IMG/VR virus record: IMGVR_UViG_3300012952_003756
Coordinates: 4,776 to 68,775 of that record
Origin: a virus
Lineage: Duplodnaviria > Caudoviricetes
Direction: 5' to 3' (one strand)
Length of the DNA stretch: 64,000 nucleotides
Numbering within the stretch: position 1 is the stretch's first letter; each line of letters begins with the position of its first letter. A program made the translations under genes and the position numbers. The notes under the pieces were generated by a model, which saw only the letters and a program-made list of their open reading frames with translations, searched no databases and had not been told where the DNA came from. Below are positions 19,501 through 28,820 of the stretch, piece after piece.

Positions 19501-22500
19501 CGCTGCAGCTTGAATGTCGGTAACGTTACCACTGCTATATAAGCTATAAGAATTTTGAAGTTCGCCTTCCGAGCCGGTATATGCGGATGCAACATCAGAC
19601 GTCAATGCGTTCACTCTAGCGTCCATACTCCAAATGCTGGCAGTTGCCAAAACTCTTATCCCACCTTGAGAGTTTGTAATTTTTTTACTCCTTTCAGAGC
19701 GAATGTCTTTCCAAAAAGTATTATCATAATTATCAGATCTTTGTCGTACAACAGAGGTGTATGTATAGTGTTCGCGTGGGAAAATTGTTTCATCTATTTC
19801 TAGGCTGTGAAATTTACTTATAGGATTAGCATCGCCGCTAATAAAAGTTGGAGTGTTCCAGAGCAAATATTTTTTCAATGTGTCATACGCTAATATTTTA
19901 TTGTCAGCGCTTTCTAGAGTTTCCCCAACTTGGCCGGCCTTAGACCAAACTAAACTTGAATCATTTAAATTCATTAAACCACTAATGGTTGGGTCTGGCA
20001 CATTTGTAAAATATGATTTTTCATTACCATATGAAGACCACATATTAGTTACTTGTGTCGGGTCGTCTGGCATTCCTTTTTCTGGCGGTTCGTCATCAAA
20101 AAGTTGATCAGAATTATAAGTGATTTTATATTTTAATGGCGCAAATTTTGAAGTAATTGGAGGCACCGTTTGTGATACCATTGTTTTGTTTTCGCCATAA
20201 AAACCTTCATGTTCTGTTACTGAAACTTCAGTAAATGATTGAATGTTATTTTTATAATTATACCGCATGACAGGATGCTGGGCGCCTCGAATTTGTTTCC
20301 ACGAGGGCCACCCATAAGCGCCTTGGCGGTGCAATGTAAGGCCATTAAGCACGCAAGATTGTGCTAGTCCTGTTCCAAATAGCACCCTATAATCGCCAGA
20401 AGATGCACTGAGCAAATTTTCTGAAGAGACGATTGGGTCATATATTATTGAATTAATCCCAGCAAAATCTATTGTTGGCCCAGAAACTCCACCATGCAAA
20501 CTGGGGTTCCATTGGCCGCCATCAACAAATAAAATATCAGAAGAGGCTAAGCTTGAGTTTGCATAGTCTGGCTGCTGATAATCGTATGAAGCCGCCGAGC
20601 TAGTTGCATTGGCAACACTAGCTGTGATCCAAGTGTATTGTAAGTCAGTTTGTGGTAGCGGATGTTGAACGAACCAATTGTCATACGCATATTTGGTGGT
20701 AAGATATTTACCGCCTAACAATCGAGGGATCGTGTTATCATTATTGGTTATCACCATGTTAGAATTTTTTAAAGTACCATTAAGGGAAACTGAAGGGATG
20801 AGACTGTATTTTGATGGAAGCACAGTACTTCCTGCGATATGGCCTTCTCCGCCCCACCATGCTAAAAGAAAAGAAACGGCAGAGTGTAAAGAAAGATCTC
20901 CGGGCCCACGAGTTTCGAAGGTCGGGTCAAAAGCCTCTGTGCCATCGTAAATTTCCTGCACTTGCGCAGCTGAAAGGTGGGAATTCCAAATACTAATTTC
21001 GTCCATATGCCCTTGCCAACATCTACTGTTGCCATCAGTATTTCCAATAAAACAATCTTCTGTGGCTATACCACTCCAGGTTCCGGCTGGCGTCGACGAC
21101 TCTGTTAGGGACACTTCCTCCCCATTGATATATATGGATGGGTTGTTTGATGTGCTTCTTGCGGTATAGGCAACAGCAACATGTGTCCAAGTATCGGTGC
21201 TGATAAGAGATGTTGTATACCATATTCCGTAACTGCCAGACCACCTGGCGTAGAAATAAACTTTTCCTGAATTGTCGACAAACAAAGCCACGTCGCTTTC
21301 TCCAAAATCTAAAATGCGAGGCTGGTTGTTTCCGTCGGTATGATTCAAGGCACTAGGATTAATCCAGGCAGAAAGAGTAAATTCTAGTCTTGAGCCTCCG
21401 GAAGTGTCATTTCCAATAAGAGCGTCCCATTGGGCGGCTGTGCCAATATTAACTTCGTTGGCGCCGGAAGATCCCTCAACACCATTAAAATATAAAATCT
21501 TAGTATTTTCATATTCATATTCTACAAGGCCTAATTTTCTTCGGCCATTTCTGTTTATTTTATGAAAAGAGCCGGTGCCAGAGTAATTAGCAGAACTAAC
21601 AGAACTATTTCCGCCTGGATAAGCCTCAAGCGATGGGCCATAAGCTGCAACAGTTTGGTTGTCGCTGAAGAAGCCAAATTGTTTTGTATGGTCGGTATAC
21701 CACTCATTTAATGGGTTGCGCACAGATAAGTTTCGCCATGGCAGCGCGTTATAAACACTATATTCGGCTGCAGCGTGATCAAGCATTCCTTCGCCCATCG
21801 TGGCAGGGTCGCCCGGGGCAGAAAAGCGATTGACTATAATAGACTTTGTGCTTCCAGTGATATCTCTTCTTGGAATTGTAAAATCAACAACGCCAGAAAC
21901 CCAAGTGGAGGCGTTTGTTTGTAAAAAGGCGCCTTCGGCAGTCTCTGCCAATGTCCTATTATTTATTGAGCGACCGGTAGTCATCAAAAGCTCATAATTG
22001 CTAGTGTAGTTCCCTATGTTTGTAGCATTTAAGACTTGATCGGGGCGCCCTGGAATTGGAGTTGTGGAGCCTGTAAACATTTTGATATTTCTTATATTTA
22101 CAGGCCGTTTTGCAAACTCATCTCTATGTTGGGCGCCCTTTTCTATGTGCGGATTGGGTGTCATATTATCATTACACCCTCCTCCGAACAAGTAAAGGCT
22201 GCTAGCAGAAAATTTAATTTTCCAACCTTCAGGGCGACTTAGCGCTCCATCTGGTGATGAGTTGTTGGGTCGAAGATTACTATAAATATGCCTATGCACT
22301 TTTCCACCTACAAATTTTTCAGTAAATGGTGTTTGCATTGGCCGGCCATAGAGCGGGCCATAGGAATCTTCATGAAGGTTGGTGATATCTACGTTTGCTT
22401 TAAAACTACTTGAAACGATATCATAATACCCGCCGGGCCCTGCAGATGCACTATAAATATCAAAAGGAGTATACATATCTCCCTTCGCATTTAAATAAGA

Positions 22501-25500
22501 ACTCTCCAATGCTCCGAAGTTAGGATTAACTGCGGTGGAGTTGAATGTTTGTTTTCTTTTTCCATTGTTCAGTGCCAAGTCATCATTACAATTTTTAAAA
22601 CTTTCAACCGAGGTGGAAGGAATTTTTATGTGACTGCCGACGGAGCCGGTTGGCGTGTTGTGCTTAATGAACGCACTTAATAATAAATCTGTTTGTTTAT
22701 TTGGCGCCTCATTTGCTCCGCCTTTAATAGTTGGCGACTCATCAACTTTCAACCTAAGCGGCTTTGCTAATCTTCTAGTAACATATGTTGAGCCCTGGTA
22801 TGTACTAATGGCACCGGTGCTTGAATCTCTAGACCCTAAAGTTGGAGCAGAAGCGTTCGTTTCATTAACTATAGAGTCCTGTATTGTTTGCTTGTCTGAG
22901 TCGACATTATTATTTAGGCTGGTTATTGCAGGGTTTGATTTTTCGGCTCGTTCATTCCACCATAAGCAGTTTTTCTCTATTTGGCCCAACTCTAATACTG
23001 AAGATGTTGAACAAGATGCAGCGGTGTTTTCAGCTATCGACAGATCGCTGCCGCTAGATTTTCTAGGTGTGGCATGGTGGCCATTCCCAGAAGAGTCCTG
23101 TATGCCGCCGGCGGAAATAGTATCGTACTCGCCCATTCTCCAATATGCGACTAGAGATGCGATCGTATCAAGCGCCATGGCGTTTCTGGGGCACCCAGAA
23201 TTATACAGTGTCAACACTTGTGCTGCTGACAACTCCAAAGACTTATAAACAACAAACTCGTCCATATGGCCATTAAAAGTGTAGCCAGTGCTGGTGGCGG
23301 AACCTTGTTGGGCACTGGCAATTCTGAAAAGCTCAGAAGTGTTTTCCATTGCAACATAATTAATTCCGTTTGTAGTCGCGGCAGAAACTGCGGCGCCATT
23401 GACATAAAGTTTTATACCATTTCTAGCGCTTGTGCCGCCCGCTCCGTCATAAGTTATAACAACGTGAGTCCAATTGCCAACGTATGTGGCTGGATCAAAA
23501 GCAAACTCAGCCCACTCTTTCTTTGCCATTGTACCATCTTGAAGTTGTACCACAATTCTATTTGAAGATTTTTTGAAATATACATCATATTCTTGGGCGC
23601 TCGATCCGTCACCCTTATTAAAGAAGTGTTCATCACCCGAAGGAGTTGCGGCCCATTTCATCCAAAACCCAACAGAAAAAGCAACATCATCTGTTCCATC
23701 GCCGAAAGATAGATCAGTTGTGTCGGGGACCGTTAATGCGTTACCTGACCCGCTGACAAACAATAATGAATTGCTTGACCAAGCGGTGTCTAAAAATCCA
23801 GCATGGCCATGTTTCCAATCATAAAGGAGTTCATTGATTCCAAGAATATTTCCTTCAATGTCTTGTGTTTTGTCTTCTAGTGTTGGGTATTGCCATTTAT
23901 ATTTATTTCTGTGTAGGATAGTGTTCTCGACCATGGTGCGAACATTAGAACCATAACGATCGCTCATATCCGCAGAGAAAGGTATCAAGTATCCTAAAAG
24001 AGTGTCCAAAGTAATGTCGATCCACTTGTAGAAATCCACATATTTGTCCAAGTCGGGAGTGTTTCCAACTCTCTCATAGAACAACTGGCGGAGCTTTGCC
24101 ATATCTTTATAATCATGGCGATATTTATTTACCGGCTCGCCAACGAGATTGTTAAAATCTTTTATTGTTGAAAACATTTTTACCATCTCATCAGAAATGG
24201 TTTGGTACATGCTTTTCTCAACTGACATATAATAATTTGTAGGTCTCAGAAGGTCAACCTTGTTAAAGAATTCATCATCGTCCGTAAGGATGTTGACCAT
24301 ATCAGAACTATTAATCATTTCTGGTAATTGTTTTTTAGCAGAGCTAACGTATTTTTTATTTATTGGCAGTGTGGAATTTGCTGGAAAGTTATAGCCCCTT
24401 GCAAGATATTGTTTTCCTAAAATTTCACCCAGAGGGCCGTATTGAGCAACTTTTCGAGCAGAGCCAGAAGAGTAATCGGCGCCAATAAATTCACCGCTGC
24501 CGTCCGAGCCAGTGACAGTATCAAAGGTCCAATTTAAAACTAGTGTGTCAATTTCTGGATATTTTGTTCCCGATACCGCAGTGGGATACAAGTGCGCACT
24601 CCTGTAGGGGTGTTCAACACCGTAGTTTTTGACATCTTGATGGTGCTGCTTGATAGTTCCAGTAGGAATATGATTTAGCCACACACGAGTTGAAGAAATA
24701 TTTCCATCAGTTTTTGTCAGCAATGTTCCGGAAAAATTTGTCCTGTGTGCTCCAATGTAAGCAGCTTTTGGATAATTTAAAAATTTACTTCCCGCGTCGG
24801 CAGTAATGCTTGCAGTTTTATAAAATTCATTTTTTGTGTAGTCGGCTATTTTCTCAATGCCATAGAACTCAACCGTATATCCATCTAAATTAATAGAACC
24901 AGAAGAGCCGTCTGGTAAGTTGGCATTTGAATTTGGCTTGAGGGCGACAGAGAAAGTCCAGCGCGTGTCATCAAAAACATTATCTATATAACTACTGCTC
25001 AGCCCCAAGGGCCCGAAAACAGACTCATCACTACCCGTCAAAACAAATTTACATCGCTTTGAATAATCAGAAGATTTTACCGCCAGCACTTTAAAGTTTG
25101 CATAATTGTCTGATGCCCAATTTAAAACATTTCCAGTTGCGTCGTGATTGACTTCGTGCACACCAAATAAAGATGCACTATTGAATGGGAAATAAGTTCT
25201 GAATTGGCGACTAGGGCCAGTGTCAGTCTCTGCAACAGTGTTAGAGTCCGCCAAGGAATGTCTGATTGGGAAATGCACTTCCGTCTCCATCGTGAACCCA
25301 AGATAATCAGAGACCCCATATGTCCCAGAAATAATTGCTTTTGAGTCCGGGTTGGTGCTCGAAGAGTGCGCAAAGACTGTTGCTTCTGATGTGCCAGTTA
25401 AGGCAAAATTTACATATTTTTTATATTCGGCAATAGATCTATAGTTGTCTTTCAGTGTGTAGGTAACCCTATTGCCATATGTGTTCAATCGGTATATTTC

Positions 25501-27318
25501 ATCTCCAACCCCAAAGCAATGAAGGAGATTCCGAAATGACTTTTCAGTCCCTTTGGTTTTATTTATATAAACAATGTTGTTGTATATGTTTCTGTATATT
25601 CTGTTTTTTACATCATAAAGCTTCTTCTCAAACATCTCCCTATCATTTCTACTTTTAAAATATTCCAACTCTGATGCGTCAGAAAATAGTTCAGGAAAAT
25701 ACTCAAATCCAATAGAGTGCAAAAGTCGATCATTAAAAGGCGCCGGCTTGTGGCTGGAGCTTAAATATACTTTTTGTTTAAACTTTGGGATAGAGTTTAT
25801 TTGTTCAGCCAAAGAGTCAAAGTACGAGCCAACAATTTGAGTCAAATTTTTCAATGGTGAATATTGTTTGTCTTCGTCGTCTTCAGTGATCCAAGCCGGG
25901 AGAGAGTGATAGATCGCAGAATTATTGGAAATATCATGCAACTCACCTTCTGACCTTTTCTCTTCTATCGTGCTAAGAACTGTTGGGTGTGTCGTGTATA
26001 AAATTGGATCTTTAAATTCCGTCGTCACAAGTCCGGACTCAACCATTGCTGAGTTGGTGCTCCTAGACGAAGACCCATAACCAACAAAGGTGCCATTGCT
26101 GATGCGGCCAGAATAATCTAAAACAGTTTGGTCTATAGATGTTGTTGAAGTCACTCCCTCATTAAATTTATAATATACCCCAAGCGCCGTATTGGCATCA
26201 TCAGTGTTTGTACCGCCTCCAACGGGCTCAATCCTATATCTAAAAATTTCTGGTGAGCTTCTTTGATCTTTCCAGAATCTAAATTCGTCTAATGAGCCAG
26301 AAAGTTTTCCCCACCCTTTTGTAGGTGCTTGTGTGCCAGACGGCGCTGTTATTAGAGAGCCAATTGTTGCATTTATATTCCCACTGACATATCCAATAGA
26401 AGAGCCAAGAGTGGTTGTCTGCTCACACGTACCATCAAAATAAAAATTAACTTCTACAGCATTACCACTGTTCTTAAAAGTAAACGCATAATGGTGCCAC
26501 GTATCGTCAGCAACTGAAGAGGTGGTTATTGAAGATCCAATAACTTGGTTGTTGAATCCGGATGTTCCAGACATATAGCTGACCATAAATGGGGAACCGC
26601 TAGTGGTCCCGGTCATTTCAATTGTTAAGCGCCCGTAGTTGGCGCTAGAAGAAATAAAATCGGATGTGGTAGCATCGAACACAACCTCTCGGCCAGTTTT
26701 TGTGGTGGCGAATGCAGCTTTTTTCATCCAAAACTCAACGGTATTGCCGTCTATGCCACCAATTTTTAAATTACATTCTCTATTTTTTTCAGGCTCCCAT
26801 ATGTTTGCATATCCACTTTTATAATCTCCAGAAGCATCTTGTATATCTTTTTCTTTTGATCTAGTTGATGTGTGCGGGCCGCCTTTTGTAAAGACATATT
26901 CATGTGAAGATGTTGCCGGCGCTCCATAATGATCTGAACTTACGACTTTGGTTCCCCACCCTTCGGCAGAAAAAAGAACATAGCCATTGGTCCTGGGGTA
27001 TACTTCATCAAAAACATACATGTCAAAAAATGAAGAACTTAATTCCCACTCAACTCTTTCTTTGAGGGAGCCATCATAGGGATAAGTTTCAGCAATCCTA
27101 TCGAATGCATCAGCATAATATTTTTTTGCAGAACCAAATCTTGCAAAATTCTTAAGATCAGAAAAATCTACAGGAGGCTTATATCTATTTCTTTGTATAA
27201 AATAATTCTTTAAATAATTAACAGACTCAAGTGTGCCGTCTTCGACTATCTCTTCTGGATTCGAATTTGTTAAAATTATGTTATGATTTTGATAGAGTTT
27301 TTTATAATCTATAGGCAT
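16519..27318 (-). CDS. Giant baseplate/receptor-binding protein (3599 aa) with multiple LamG/concanavalin-like domains
   Basis: LamG signatures: TVEFWMK...WHHYAFTF...LDEFRFW; FSVGFWMK...WTHVVITYDG...MDEFVVY; FTLSAWINP...WTHVAVAY...MDEISIW; plus one degenerate copy. The KGTEKSFRNLLHCFG motif resembles gpI/gp7-type wedge proteins. Confidence 0.75.
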   Translation of the reverse strand: MPIDYKKLYQNHNIILTNSNPEEIVEDGTLESVNYLKNYFIQRNRYKPPVDFSDLKNFARFGSAKKYYADAFDRIAETYPYDGSLKERVEWELSSSFFDMYVFDEVYPRTNGYVLFSAEGWGTKVVSSDHYGAPATSSHEYVFTKGGPHTSTRSKEKDIQDASGDYKSGYANIWEPEKNRECNLKIGGIDGNTVEFWMKKAAFATTKTGREVVFDATTSDFISSSANYGRLTIEMTGTTSGSPFMVSYMSGTSGFNNQVIGSSITTSSVADDTWHHYAFTFKNSGNAVEVNFYFDGTCEQTTTLGSSIGYVSGNINATIGSLITAPSGTQAPTKGWGKLSGSLDEFRFWKDQRSSPEIFRYRIEPVGGGTNTDDANTALGVYYKFNEGVTSTTSIDQTVLDYSGRISNGTFVGYGSSSRSTNSAMVESGLVTTEFKDPILYTTHPTVLSTIEEKRSEGELHDISNNSAIYHSLPAWITEDDEDKQYSPLKNLTQIVGSYFDSLAEQINSIPKFKQKVYLSSSHKPAPFNDRLLHSIGFEYFPELFSDASELEYFKSRNDREMFEKKLYDVKNRIYRNIYNNIVYINKTKGTEKSFRNLLHCFGVGDEIYRLNTYGNRVTYTLKDNYRSIAEYKKYVNFALTGTSEATVFAHSSSTNPDSKAIISGTYGVSDYLGFTMETEVHFPIRHSLADSNTVAETDTGPSRQFRTYFPFNSASLFGVHEVNHDATGNVLNWASDNYANFKVLAVKSSDYSKRCKFVLTGSDESVFGPLGLSSSYIDNVFDDTRWTFSVALKPNSNANLPDGSSGSINLDGYTVEFYGIEKIADYTKNEFYKTASITADAGSKFLNYPKAAYIGAHRTNFSGTLLTKTDGNISSTRVWLNHIPTGTIKQHHQDVKNYGVEHPYRSAHLYPTAVSGTKYPEIDTLVLNWTFDTVTGSDGSGEFIGADYSSGSARKVAQYGPLGEILGKQYLARGYNFPANSTLPINKKYVSSAKKQLPEMINSSDMVNILTDDDEFFNKVDLLRPTNYYMSVEKSMYQTISDEMVKMFSTIKDFNNLVGEPVNKYRHDYKDMAKLRQLFYERVGNTPDLDKYVDFYKWIDITLDTLLGYLIPFSADMSDRYGSNVRTMVENTILHRNKYKWQYPTLEDKTQDIEGNILGINELLYDWKHGHAGFLDTAWSSNSLLFVSGSGNALTVPDTTDLSFGDGTDDVAFSVGFWMKWAATPSGDEHFFNKGDGSSAQEYDVYFKKSSNRIVVQLQDGTMAKKEWAEFAFDPATYVGNWTHVVITYDGAGGTSARNGIKLYVNGAAVSAATTNGINYVAMENTSELFRIASAQQGSATSTGYTFNGHMDEFVVYKSLELSAAQVLTLYNSGCPRNAMALDTIASLVAYWRMGEYDTISAGGIQDSSGNGHHATPRKSSGSDLSIAENTAASCSTSSVLELGQIEKNCLWWNERAEKSNPAITSLNNNVDSDKQTIQDSIVNETNASAPTLGSRDSSTGAISTYQGSTYVTRRLAKPLRLKVDESPTIKGGANEAPNKQTDLLLSAFIKHNTPTGSVGSHIKIPSTSVESFKNCNDDLALNNGKRKQTFNSTAVNPNFGALESSYLNAKGDMYTPFDIYSASAGPGGYYDIVSSSFKANVDITNLHEDSYGPLYGRPMQTPFTEKFVGGKVHRHIYSNLRPNNSSPDGALSRPEGWKIKFSASSLYLFGGGCNDNMTPNPHIEKGAQHRDEFAKRPVNIRNIKMFTGSTTPIPGRPDQVLNATNIGNYTSNYELLMTTGRSINNRTLAETAEGAFLQTNASTWVSGVVDFTIPRRDITGSTKSIIVNRFSAPGDPATMGEGMLDHAAAEYSVYNALPWRNLSVRNPLNEWYTDHTKQFGFFSDNQTVAAYGPSLEAYPGGNSSVSSANYSGTGSFHKINRNGRRKLGLVEYEYENTKILYFNGVEGSSGANEVNIGTAAQWDALIGNDTSGGSRLEFTLSAWINPSALNHTDGNNQPRILDFGESDVALFVDNSGKVYFYARWSGSYGIWYTTSLISTDTWTHVAVAYTARSTSNNPSIYINGEEVSLTESSTPAGTWSGIATEDCFIGNTDGNSRCWQGHMDEISIWNSHLSAAQVQEIYDGTEAFDPTFETRGPGDLSLHSAVSFLLAWWGGEGHIAGSTVLPSKYSLIPSVSLNGTLKNSNMVITNNDNTIPRLLGGKYLTTKYAYDNWFVQHPLPQTDLQYTWITASVANATSSAASYDYQQPDYANSSLASSDILFVDGGQWNPSLHGGVSGPTIDFAGINSIIYDPIVSSENLLSASSGDYRVLFGTGLAQSCVLNGLTLHRQGAYGWPSWKQIRGAQHPVMRYNYKNNIQSFTEVSVTEHEGFYGENKTMVSQTVPPITSKFAPLKYKITYNSDQLFDDEPPEKGMPDDPTQVTNMWSSYGNEKSYFTNVPDPTISGLMNLNDSSLVWSKAGQVGETLESADNKILAYDTLKKYLLWNTPTFISGDANPISKFHSLEIDETIFPREHYTYTSVVRQRSDNYDNTFWKDIRSERSKKITNSQGGIRVLATASIWSMDARVNALTSDVASAYTGSEGELQNSYSLYSSGNVTDIQAAATYARRIPELISSSAGSAKFQTFAGDTKWEAGEQSGYNPSYNTYKEYVEDVKRVGKDHGIIPEYRISEHMQYHVVDQAASGGFYAENPGWLTLTGAFVPNSSDSSFYTIYSNSDFLKHFEPIDSEFVKVAMPTRMKLKCSAITKFLPYDGFYPSERTVQLAQMFSQSFGPNTGLHGNQANWRTALKPFFAPGIMYNSIKSGIAVDHPLLVGGNNFNIYRNAVISGTFNRLPFEAIIDPEVYLAGTNYVYDGEPHPSASLNSSASINAASDDLYKMAANNFMSEVPRFFLGGSTGTKNSKYGPLTTFISKTTAEEGVMAGGHGIDLPGGIIKMGDEDEGSHIWFEENKTYTMRVVCSHSKIRNYETIVANDLRSHPAVSASFIYNEPTIMMYNRAIDWDDPTKYKDGNVISSQVLAAGERTASWQADGSYPLYGSSFGPPHVAGQYGGNSTSPNYQGGFEPYTPPYYNGYSHIELSYTPEYSGYKTISDVVSNVSASFYREPLRIFNTGSDCFVHGMQLSASLNWNQVVTENGKSAWVIQTKWECPVLDFTDSNISRPLFGSGSVSKGMWHQYGTLPNSPSKGIFMEIQAPSSSVAGTPVGNLAEKLGFDRRPKKRIGVVPSSGKKVSEAIVAVPFYEDHWGNRAFFRIDRKTIDWAISKTRPGHGGDKEYLDTNPDLTSDDAIYKPSSAIVEMVKSMSKYYVPPKFNFLINKEATPFAMVFFEFEHHFTQDDLVKMWQGILPSKGRVNAASGLQHAISEIDFGIDLMGDRMTLEDKDQSRPLENYKGWDLLNHKLGHETGDMGFPKNIQWMVFKVKQRATQNYYDLRADNKNSFVAPTSLDEYYSYNWPYDFFSLIELAKIQETVVMEPRKLVPTKMPSMKSILDLMPIGNMIPTAMYDGVSSTDPNTFRLPPDDMARRPKPISLSPIPPAGRDKSSEKSMMEAYREALQNYSPAQFVLLQSKAVISPKYVGLVPDDPAEDEDEKEFTKGTQKK

Positions 27319-27320
27319 TC

Positions 27321-28820
27321 TTATTCTACCCTAAACTTAAATTCTTCAGACTGCTCAACATATTGAGAGTTTAAATAGTATACAAACTTAATTGTATAGG
27401 TGTCATCTGCTTCCAGCAAGGACATATCTAAATCAAAATAACTCCCACTAGAGTCGAAAGACAGCCTAGTGCTATTAAAGCTTCCGGTTCCATATGGTAT
27501 CACCTCTAGATTATCACTTGATCTGCAAACCTTGTAATAAACATCTTCCACCAAATCTATAGGCGCCTCATTCGAAGACACTGTGTAAATGGTCGGGCTC
27601 CAATCTTTTTTTCTAGTATAAAGCCTAAATCTTGCGCTTGTATTTTTAGCAGAATAGGCCGGCTTTAAATTAGTCATATGGCTAGAAAACTGTTGATTTG
27701 GATTCGTGGGGCGTCCGGACCAAACTCTGCCTAAATCTTTCGGAGCGATAGTTCCAGTAAAATATTGATTTGTGCCGCTATGCCAAACATCGAAAATTTT
27801 CGTCAAAGACGTCGACCCGGTATATGCAAATGAACATGAATAAACGCCGGTAGAGACATGTCCTCCAGTAATAACAGTTAAATCAGCAGCTATGACACCT
27901 CCGCCGGCGCTGCAATGTAATTTGTGCCCGAGTGGTTCAGTGTTTTCTGCAGATCCAGAATAAAGATTGACATATATTTTACCGGTACCTATGGACGGAA
28001 TATTTTTTAATTGCCCTCGAACATAATTGTAAAGATATAATGTATTTAAATTATCTTCGGCAGGCGCTAGCGAACTGCTGTAGTAGAAATTTCCCCTGTC
28101 ATCTTTTTTTGATGAATCCCACCTGGCTTCGATATGTGGTCTTTTGAAATAGTATTGTGAACCTCTCGCAAAAAACTTTTTAGTGTAATACGAAGTTGTT
28201 GCGGCCTCTTCCGCAGAGGCTAGCCTGACTCCAACACCATAGTTTGTTTTGGTCCCTAAAACATTTCCATCACTTTGAATCCACTGTTCAACAAGCGGTG
28301 TAATGTCTAATTCAACATCTTCAAATCCATTGACAAAAGACGCAGTAAAAGATGAAGATACATTCTCAATGTAATCCCCGCCGGCGGCAGTCCAAGAAGT
28401 CGTACTGCTGGCCGATACCCAATTTGATGCTTCTTCGTCAGAATAATTATCCATATCCAAGCCGTTGCCCTCAGTCCAAGATTGTGAAACGGCAGATACA
28501 ACCAAATTATAATTTTTCGGCACCGTTTGAGAGTGCTTTGCATTAAACATTCTTAAATAAAAAGAAACACTTCCGGAAACTGGAATGTCCCCTTGTATCC
28601 TATCATATGCAGCATAGCCTGCGCTTGTACCGGTCATGGGGAATTTGATTAAAATTCTTGAATATTCACTAGAGGCAGTTCCGGCTTGTGCATATATCGA
28701 AAACGTTTCTAATATGTCTGACTGGCCCATATTACCGCTAATGCCACGCTCAGTTAAATTTGATTTGTAGGCGTTGGTTATGGTATTGTCTGTGTCTGCA
28801 AAGTATCTTTTAATTGCCAT
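27321..28820 (-). CDS. Virion structural protein (DNRLRE-like beta-sandwich N-terminus plus Ig-like C-terminus)
   Basis: ADTDNTIT...YSRILIKF...SQSWTEGNG...ELDITPLVEQW...YGVGVRL pattern; lies between the gp6-like gene and the giant LamG gene. Confidence 0.55.
   Translation of the reverse strand: MAIKRYFADTDNTITNAYKSNLTERGISGNMGQSDILETFSIYAQAGTASSEYSRILIKFPMTGTSAGYAAYDRIQGDIPVSGSVSFYLRMFNAKHSQTVPKNYNLVVSAVSQSWTEGNGLDMDNYSDEEASNWVSASSTTSWTAAGGDYIENVSSSFTASFVNGFEDVELDITPLVEQWIQSDGNVLGTKTNYGVGVRLASAEEAATTSYYTKKFFARGSQYYFKRPHIEARWDSSKKDDRGNFYYSSSLAPAEDNLNTLYLYNYVRGQLKNIPSIGTGKIYVNLYSGSAENTEPLGHKLHCSAGGGVIAADLTVITGGHVSTGVYSCSFAYTGSTSLTKIFDVWHSGTNQYFTGTIAPKDLGRVWSGRPTNPNQQFSSHMTNLKPAYSAKNTSARFRLYTRKKDWSPTIYTVSSNEAPIDLVEDVYYKVCRSSDNLEVIPYGTGSFNSTRLSFDSSGSYFDLDMSLLEADDTYTIKFVYYLNSQYVEQSEEFKFRVE

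Noticed and set aside
22655-23248. Plus-strand ORFs such as 22655-23248 (197 aa), 33806-34294 and 3602-4015
   Set aside because: Antisense shadows of long minus-strand genes; no SD, no recognisable motifs, and no plus-strand transcription signals.
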